DNA of 64,000 bases from contig CAZMMU010000010.1 in NCBI GenBank assembly GCA_964567455.1, positions 496 to 64,495 of the forward strand, written 5' to 3'. The translations under genes and the position numbers were made by a program. The notes beneath the pieces were generated by a model. The model did no database searches. It saw only the letters and a list, made by a program, of their open reading frames with translations, and was not told the DNA's origin. Origin of the DNA: an uncultured Hyphomonas sp. (lineage in GTDB: Bacteria > Pseudomonadota > Alphaproteobacteria > Caulobacterales > Hyphomonadaceae). Positions 44,701 to 51,918 of this stretch are shown here, one piece after another (positions within the stretch are counted from its first letter, which is position 1; each line of letters starts with the position of its first letter).

Positions 44701-44750
44701 ACGCACCCGCGTCCGATAATCGCAATCGGCGTTTGCGGTGTGTCGGTCAT
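38700..44750 (-). CDS. pfaC: PfaC-like multidomain synthase: KS - chain-length-factor - acyltransferase - 2x (pseudo-DH + FabA-like DH)
   Basis: 2016 aa. The KS has [22 protein letters not shown] and [11 protein letters not shown]. A second KS-like region lacks the active-site Cys ([10 protein letters not shown]). The AT has GLSLGE. Two FabA-type dehydratase sites are present: [16 protein letters not shown] and [16 protein letters not shown]. Confidence 0.9.
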   Translation of the reverse strand: [2016 protein letters not shown]

Positions 44751-45940
44751 GACCAGGTGTCCCCGATCAAGAGTTCGATATGGTCGTGGGCACCATGCAG
44801 CATTTGGCTGGAGAAGATATGCGCCCCGGCGTGAAGAGGGATCAGGGCGATGCCCTGCGCTTTGAAGTGGGCTGCAAGACCCTCATCCACCATGCCCCCG
44901 TCCCAAGGCCCCCAGTTGAAGGATTTAATATTCGCATGCGGAAGAGCCGCGCGCAGTCCATAAGCGGCTTGATTGAGCGCCTCGTTCGCCATGGCATAAT
45001 CCGATTGGCCGATATTGCCAAACCGGGCGGCAGCGGAGGAGAACAGAGCGATATGCGTCAGGGCCTGGACGTCCAATTGCTTCAGAACGGTGTGGAGCCC
45101 TATGGCTTTTGTGCTGAACACGCGATCAAATTCGTCGCGCGATTTGTCCATGATCAGCTTGTCCGCCAAGACACCGGCGGCATGGATGAAACCCGTAATC
45201 TCGCCAAGTGATGTTCGCACGTCCTGGAGGGTCGAGGCCACTTGTGCGCCATCGGTTAGATCGCAGCTATAATAGTGTGCCGAGCCGCCCGCCTGTTTGA
45301 TGGCCTGAAGCGAATGACGGATTTCGGCACTGGCAAGCATGCGTCTTGCTGATTTGTCTATTTCGGCAAGGCTTGGCTTCTGGCCCGCATTGCGCGCCTG
45401 CCCGATGAGGGCACCGCGCAAGGTTTTGAGGTCGCTGGTTGGGTCAACACCTTGGGGCCAATCGGTAATCTTTGAGCGGCCCAGAAGTGCAAATCTGTCG
45501 CCGGTTCTTGCAGCAAGATCTGCAATGCAGGCGGCTGTTACGCCGCGCGCGCCGCCTGTGACGAGCCAAGTCTTGCCAGTCTGTCGGCGTGTGCGCTCAA
45601 TATGTTGAATGCTCGCCGCAAGGACCGGCGTGGCTGTTGTTCCAGAATGGTCAATGCGGACCTCCGGCGCGGCCAGCGAGAGGACTTGTCCGATGTTTGA
45701 CGCAGAGTGCGCAAGTGAGATGCTCTGGACCGACATGTCTGGCCATTCGCGAGCTGCCGTCTTGGCCAGGCCGGGGAGGCCGTAATTGAATTGCGAAAGA
45801 TCGTCAGCGTGGGAGGCGAGTGGGGACAGAATGACGAGCCGTTTGCCAGACAGACACCGAAAATCGCGGGCATGAGACAGTGCCGCCCAGTGTGCATCCG
45901 GCGCGGGCAATCGAGAAAAGCCGGAGGTAATGATGGCCAC
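44747..45940 (-). CDS. Ketoreductase (SDR) module of the pfa-like synthase; N-terminus probably incomplete as called
   Basis: It has TGGARGVTAACIADLA (NADPH site) and SSAAARFGNIGQSDYAMANEAL (catalytic Tyr). The called GTG start is simply the first start codon in a frame that stays open up to 46246. ATGA overlap couples it to the PfaC-like gene. Confidence 0.75.
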   Translation of the reverse strand: MAIITSGFSRLPAPDAHWAALSHARDFRCLSGKRLVILSPLASHADDLSQFNYGLPGLAKTAAREWPDMSVQSISLAHSASNIGQVLSLAAPEVRIDHSGTTATPVLAASIQHIERTRRQTGKTWLVTGGARGVTAACIADLAARTGDRFALLGRSKITDWPQGVDPTSDLKTLRGALIGQARNAGQKPSLAEIDKSARRMLASAEIRHSLQAIKQAGGSAHYYSCDLTDGAQVASTLQDVRTSLGEITGFIHAAGVLADKLIMDKSRDEFDRVFSTKAIGLHTVLKQLDVQALTHIALFSSAAARFGNIGQSDYAMANEALNQAAYGLRAALPHANIKSFNWGPWDGGMVDEGLAAHFKAQGIALIPLHAGAHIFSSQMLHGAHDHIELLIGDTWS

Positions 45941-46188
45941 ATCCGCGCGGGACGTGAATGTTTCGACCAGAGAGGCGGTGTGGCCGCCGTCTGTGAGCTG
46001 AGCGAGGAGGCTTGCGGCCAGTTCGCCACCGTCTCGGGTGATCTCGATATGCCCTGTCGGTGCGGATGTCGCCTGATTAACTGGCGCTATCTCCTGCCAT
46101 ACGAGCGGACAAACGCTGACACCATCATATGTATACAGATCAGGCGTGGTTTGGGGACGTATCTGGGCCGTCGGCGACGAACCGCCCC

Positions 46189-49100
46189 CTATTGAAAAAA
46201 ATCGCTGATCTTCCGAATTGTGCGCAGCTCGGCGAGTTGATCGGATTCAATTTCTGGCAGATCGGGGAGGCTTTCACGCAAAGCGGAGAGAATTTCAACC
46301 TGTTTGATTGAGTCGATACCGAGTTCGCCTTCCAGATCCATGTCTTCTTCCAGCATGTCAGCCGGATAGCCGGTCTTCTCGGCGATTAAACTGCGAATAG
46401 CGTCTATGCTGATGCCGGAGTTTGGTTGGGCTGTCACAGGGGCGGGGCTTGGCGCGGAGGTGGTAGCGGGAGCAGGATGGGTCGGCGCGCTAATTGATCC
46501 GCTAGAGCCGGGCGCTGATATCGTTTCAGATTGGGCCACGAAACCGGCAATCAGACGGATCGTGCGCAGCTCGACCAGCTTTTCCGCTTCGACTTCCGGC
46601 AAATTCGGGATTTCTTCGCGCAGGGTGGAGAGAATTTCGACCTGTTTGATCGAGTCCACGCCGAGTTCGCCTTCAAGGTCCATATCCGGGTCGAGCATGT
46701 CTGTCGGGTAGCCGGTCTTGGTCGCAACGAGAGACCTGACGAAAGCGAGAGGGTCGACCCCTGGTGCGCGGGCGGTTGCAGGGGGGGCTTGCGGCACGGC
46801 TGCGCTCGGAACATTTTCTGGAGCTGGAGCTGGAGCTGGAGCTGGAGCTGGAGCTGGAGCTGGAGCTGGAGCTGGCCGGGTCGCTTGTGGAGAAGCCGCA
46901 GGGGCTGGCGCTGATGCGGCAAAGTGCGGCATCGCGGGCGGACTGTGCGAAATGACGGGCACAGGCAGTTGCGGCGGCGGTGTGCTGCTGGAAAAAGCGC
47001 TCAGGAAGGCGGTGTGTGCAGCCGTCATCAGGTGCATATATTCTGCGTGCCGTGCTGAAAGATGGCTATAATAATCCGCGGGCAGCGGCGCATTGTGCTG
47101 TGGTGCGGGCTCGGCAGGGTGCGAGATGGGCGCAGCGGGTGGTTGCAGATGACTGGTGTCGGGCATGGAATCGGTCCTGATGTTTTCTGGCGTTGGGGCA
47201 GGCGCGGAAGCTGTGTTTGGTGGGGGAAGGGCAGATGCGCCGTCTGGTGGCGGATAAGGTTTTTGATAATTCGCGCCGCATATATCGACGGAAAATTTCG
47301 GTGGCTCAGCTTGAGCCGGGCATGCTGGAAGATTTGTGTACAGATTTTCAATATTCAGCGGCAGTCCCAGAATGGCGAGTTTTCCGATCGCTGATAGAAA
47401 TGTCTCGACCTCGTTCTGACGCTTGTGATCGAGCGAGATGATTTCGACATCGGACGTGTCCAGATTGTTCTTTGCCAATGTTGACACGACAGAGCCCGGA
47501 CCGATCTCGACGAAGATACGCGCGCCCGCCTCATACATCGCGGCAATGCTCTGACGGAACCGGACCGGCTTTCCGATTTGGTCGCCGAGGCGTTTCTGCA
47601 TGCTTCTGGGCGTTTTCGGGTAGGGGGCAGCGGAGCTGTTGGCGTAGACCGTGCGCTGTGGCGTAGAAAAAGTGTAGGCGGCCAGCTTGTCCTTGAATGG
47701 CGTCACCGCTTTCTCGACGCAGGAAGAGTGAAATCCTGTGGCCACGTTCAGCCTGTGTGCCTTCAGCCCTGCTGCTTTGCAACGCGCTTGAGCGGTGTCG
47801 ATCAAGGATAGTGGTCCGGATAGAACAATCTGATTTGGCGCGTTATCATTGGCAATGACAAGCTCTGGTGTCAGTCCTTCCAAAATCCCAGAGATGTCTT
47901 CGATTCCGGCTTGCACAGCGAGCATGCCGCCTTCGCTGGACTGCGCGGCGTCTTGCATAATACGGCCACGCAGGCGCGCAATTTTTACGGCTGTCGCTGA
48001 ATCGAAAACTCCCGCAGTGTGAAGCGCCATGACTTCCCCGAAGCTATGACCGGCGCACATGTCGGGCGATAGGCCCAGATCGTCGAGAAGAGCAAGCTGG
48101 GCGAGGCTGACCGCGGCAATTGCGGGTTGGGCGTGCACCATGTCCGTCAGGGTTCTGGTTTGCTCGGCCGCCTCTGCTTCGGTGAACGCTGCGGGTGGGA
48201 AGGCGACTGTGTGCAGGGCCGTCTCGGCTGGTCCGGTATCTCCTGCACAGATGTCCCAGACCCGCCGCGCATTTGGGAAATTGCGGGCCAGGGCCGCGCC
48301 CATGCCAACATATTGGCTGCCCTGTCCGGCAAAGAGATAGGCGAGCTTGCCTTGAGCGGGCGCGCCTGACTGATAATGCAGACCGGCGCCAAGGGGGGTG
48401 TTTTGCGGAGTGCCGGCCGCGATGAAGTGTTCGAGTTTTCGCGCTTTCTGCCCGAGTGAGTCCGGTGTCGCGGCAATTATGGCGATGCGGTATTGGGCGT
48501 CGGATTTGAAGCTTGCATGGCTTTGGCTTGCCAGACGGGACAGGTCGTCCTCATGCTTGACTGCCCCCGCAACCGATTGGACCGCGCGCAGCAAATCTTC
48601 CTGCGTGTCTGCACCAAGCAGGAACAGTTCCGCATCCATCACGCGGGGTGGGTGGGCTGCGTTAGAGCCTTCATATTCTTCAAGCGTTACATGGAAGTTG
48701 CTGCCACCAAAACCGAAGGAGCTGACAGATGCGCGCCTCGGAGTATCGGGCGCTGCGATCCATGGGCGGGCTTCGGTGTTGATATAAAATGGTGTGTCGC
48801 CGGATAGTGCCGGGGCAGGGGTCTCAACTTTCAAGGTTGGCGGGAGTGTTTTCCGACTAAGCGCGTTGACGATTTTGATCAGGCTCGCCGCTCCGGCGGC
48901 GGCTTTCGTATGCCCGATTTGAGATTTGACCGAGCCAATCGCGCACCATGGCTTCTGATCATCTTCAGGTTTGCCAAAGACCTTGTGTAAGCCGTCCAGT
49001 TCAGCCTTGTCCCCCGCAATCGTTCCGGTGCCGTGGGCTTCAACCAATTGTACCGTATCTGGCGCGTATCCAGCTTGGTTGTATGCGCGGCCCAGCGCCA

Positions 49101-50073
49101 GTGCCTGACCAGATGAGAGCGGCGCATAGATTGCGGTTGCGCGGCCATCGGATCCGCCGCCAAGACCGCGAATGACTGCATGAATGCGATTGCCATCTCG
49201 CTCGGCATCGTCGAGCCGTCTGAGCGCCAGCATGCCGATGCCCTCGCCAAGCATGGTGCCGTCGGCCTCAGCAGAGAAAGGGCGGCAGTCACCGGTCGGT
49301 GACAGCGCCGGCGTTTTTGAAAAGCACATGAACATCAATATATCGTTGAGCGTGTCCACACCGCCCGTCAGCACCGTATCGGAATCGCCGGAGTTCAGTT
49401 CGTGTAAGGCAATTTGCATGGCCGAGAGGCTGGAGGCGCAGGCTGCATCGGTGACATAGTTGCTGCCGCCCAGATCGAGGCGGTTGGCGATGCGGCCCGC
49501 AATGACGTTGCCCAGAAGGCCGGGAAATGTGCTCTCACGCCACTCTGTGAAGTTTGAGGCGATCCGGTCGGCTATATCTTGCACATCGCGTTCGGCAAGT
49601 CCGGCTTCGCGCATGCCTTTGATCCACGCAGGCCGGTGCAGGCGTCCGGCCATATGCGCGGTTAGCTCGGTTGCCGATGCGACGCCGAGGACAACGCTGG
49701 TACGCGACGTGTCGATTTTGCCACCGCTTTCACGCATGGCTTCGTCAAGCACTTGCTGAGCGGCAATCAAGGCCAGCAATTGAGATGTGTCGGTGGAGGC
49801 CAATGCGTTTGGTGGTACGCCAAAGGCGACCGGGTCGAAGGCCTTGGGGGAGAGAAATCCGCCGCGTTTTCCATATGTTTTGTCAGCGGCGCTGGCGTCT
49901 GGATCGTAATAATCTTCGGGCAACCAGTGAGAAGCAGGAACGTCTGTGAATGTATCAACACCTTCGACGATGTCACGCCAGAAGCCTGTCGTGTCACCGC
50001 GGCCCGGAAAAATTGCGCCTATACTGACAATGGCGATTCCGTCACGAGTGGGTTTGCGCCGTCTTTGCGTCAT
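46189..50073 (-). CDS. pfaA: PfaA-like multidomain synthase: KS - malonyl-CoA:ACP acyltransferase - long Pro/Ala linker - 2 tandem ACPs
   Basis: 1294 aa. The KS has [22 protein letters not shown] and [11 protein letters not shown]. The AT has GHSFGE and GFHS. The ACPs have [13 protein letters not shown] (Ser codon 46651-46653) and [13 protein letters not shown] (Ser codon 46309-46311). Confidence 0.9.
   Translation of the reverse strand: [1294 protein letters not shown]
46818..46871 (-). repeat. Perfect hexanucleotide tandem repeat (CTGGAG)x9 on the plus strand, encoding a (Pro-Ala)n linker in the PfaA-like protein
   Basis: Read directly from the sequence: nine uninterrupted CTGGAG units. 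The minus-strand translation is [23 protein letters not shown], upstream of ACP1. Confidence 0.9.
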
Positions 50074-50075
50074 AT

Positions 50076-51707
50076 TCAGGTATAGATCCTTGGACTAAAT
50101 GAAAACATGTCTGCTGGAACTGCGACCCCGACACTGCGCAGTTGACCCGCGCGGGTCAACACAGCACCACCTTCCAGGAGATTCCACGCAATTTGTTTCA
50201 CCGTCCGAGCGACAAGAGGTTCTAGCGGCGTGCCTTTGACCCACTCATTGAATGCGCCCATGGCGGGGCCGCACCATATCTGGAAGTCGGATTTGCGCTC
50301 TTCGACGCCCTCGCGTGCCCATTGTGCGCCCATGAACAGATAGCGGCGACAGACCAGCGCGAATCTCTTATTGCCGTCTTCATCTGCCTTTGCGACGGTG
50401 TCCGGATTGATGTTCAAAAGATAGGCGCGGGTGGCTTGCCATGCACTTTCGAAGGGTTCGCCAAGAACGCTTTCGACCCAAGCTTTGTCCTTCGGCGGCA
50501 GATGATCGAATTGGGCACCGCTGCGATACATAGCGTAGAGCTTTTCGCCACGCATGGCGAACAGGGTGCCGCGCTTGAGTACCTGGACTTTTACCCCCTG
50601 TTCGAACATGTCGGCGGCCGGCGCCATCATAACATCCGCCGGTCCGGCGCCCGCCAGCGATTGCCTGCCAGCCTGTGACAAGCCAGATTCAACAGCAGAC
50701 TGATTAACTGAGCCGGTGAGAACATAGGCTGCGCCCATCTGGAAAGCTGATGCGACCGCGTGCGGTGTTGCAATGCCGCCAGCAAGGCCGATGCGGATTG
50801 TGTTGGGTGGATACGAGTGTCGCCGCGAGATACGGGCACGGGCCTGGGTGAGTGAGCTGAACACCACGCTAGCGGGCCGATTGTCCGTGTGCCCGCCCGA
50901 ATCCGCCTCTGCTGTAATATCAGCGGCGACCGGGACGAGCGCTCCAAGGCGGGCTTGTTCGGCGGAGATGTGTCCGCTTTGGACAAGTTGATCAAGGATT
51001 TTTTGCGGGGCGGGGGCCATGAACTGTTCGGCGACTTCGGCGCGTGAGACTTTCGCGAAGACATGGTTTTGCCGCTTGATCTCGCCATTGCTGGCTCGTG
51101 TTAGCCCAAGGCACGTATATCGAACGATCTCGGGCGACAATCGCATATAGGCAGAAGCAGAGACCCGCCGAACCGATTGCTCCAGGAATAAATCTATGAC
51201 CTCGGCTTCGTATCCGGGCTGCTGGGGCGTGTGGATGACATTCGCGCCCCACGAGGCGGTGGCATCTGGCAAGCCTTGGCGGATTTCGGTCAGCCCAAGC
51301 CTGATCTCTTCGACCTGTAGTCCGGCGCTGCCATAAAATCCGAGCAGACCTGCTTTGGCGGCAGCGACAACCATTCGCGGCGTTGCGATCCCACGTGCCA
51401 TTTCACCGACAATGTAAGGAAAACGGATATTGTGATCCTCGGTGAATTGTCTGTCACCCAGACGTTCAGGATAGATTGGCGGCAGATGATAGCGTTCCGA
51501 GGCCGGCGGAACCTTCGATGCGTCCAGCGGGTGCGCAAGGACGTTCGCTCCCGTGTCCTCAAACACAACTGGCCGGCGGGGATTGAGGATCAAATCGTGA
51601 AGGGCTTCAGTTTGCGTCTTGTGTGTCACGTGCCCATCATGTCCGAGTAAGGAGTGTTTAACGTCGTTTTGACTTTGACAGTAAGCACCTCGACTTGGAC
51701 ATGTCAC
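50076..51707 (-). CDS. pfaD: PfaD-type enoyl reductase (FMN TIM-barrel, nitronate monooxygenase-like)
   Basis: 543 aa with NIRFPYIVGEMARGIATPRMVVAAAKAGLLGFYGSAGL and IGLAGGIATPHAVASAFQMGAAYVLTGSVNQ segments typical of PfaD/trans-ER proteins. Its stop lies 2 nt before the PfaA-like ATG. The GTG start is uncertain. Confidence 0.85.
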   Translation of the reverse strand: MTCPSRGAYCQSQNDVKHSLLGHDGHVTHKTQTEALHDLILNPRRPVVFEDTGANVLAHPLDASKVPPASERYHLPPIYPERLGDRQFTEDHNIRFPYIVGEMARGIATPRMVVAAAKAGLLGFYGSAGLQVEEIRLGLTEIRQGLPDATASWGANVIHTPQQPGYEAEVIDLFLEQSVRRVSASAYMRLSPEIVRYTCLGLTRASNGEIKRQNHVFAKVSRAEVAEQFMAPAPQKILDQLVQSGHISAEQARLGALVPVAADITAEADSGGHTDNRPASVVFSSLTQARARISRRHSYPPNTIRIGLAGGIATPHAVASAFQMGAAYVLTGSVNQSAVESGLSQAGRQSLAGAGPADVMMAPAADMFEQGVKVQVLKRGTLFAMRGEKLYAMYRSGAQFDHLPPKDKAWVESVLGEPFESAWQATRAYLLNINPDTVAKADEDGNKRFALVCRRYLFMGAQWAREGVEERKSDFQIWCGPAMGAFNEWVKGTPLEPLVARTVKQIAWNLLEGGAVLTRAGQLRSVGVAVPADMFSFSPRIYT

Positions 51708-51918
51708 GACGAAATATTCTTTTATTTTGTGCTGAGATTTATTTGCGAGTTTTGTATTCGGACGCCCGTTGTAAATCTGGCGGCTGCATTAACCAATGTA
51801 AGTCTTGTGGCGATGGGGGGTCTGGGTGATCGTGCGGACGTTAATCGCATCTTGCAAATCTGGGTATCTGTTGTAGGCTGAACCAACCGATTTCTATTCA
51901 GGCTGCGAGGATAAGACT

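Noticed and set aside
45538-46029. 163-aa minus-strand ORF that appears to bridge the gap between the PfaA-like stop and the KR start.
   Set aside because: It is in the third frame and its translation looks non-protein-like (MANWPQASSLSSQTAATPPLWSKHSRPARMW...). The frame that actually continues into the KR is the -1 frame described in the frameshift finding.
46790-46880. The repetitive GGAGCT tract considered as a CRISPR array or a non-coding VNTR.
   Set aside because: The units are 6 nt with no spacers, and they lie inside a long open reading frame where they encode a Pro-Ala linker. It is a coding microsatellite, not CRISPR.
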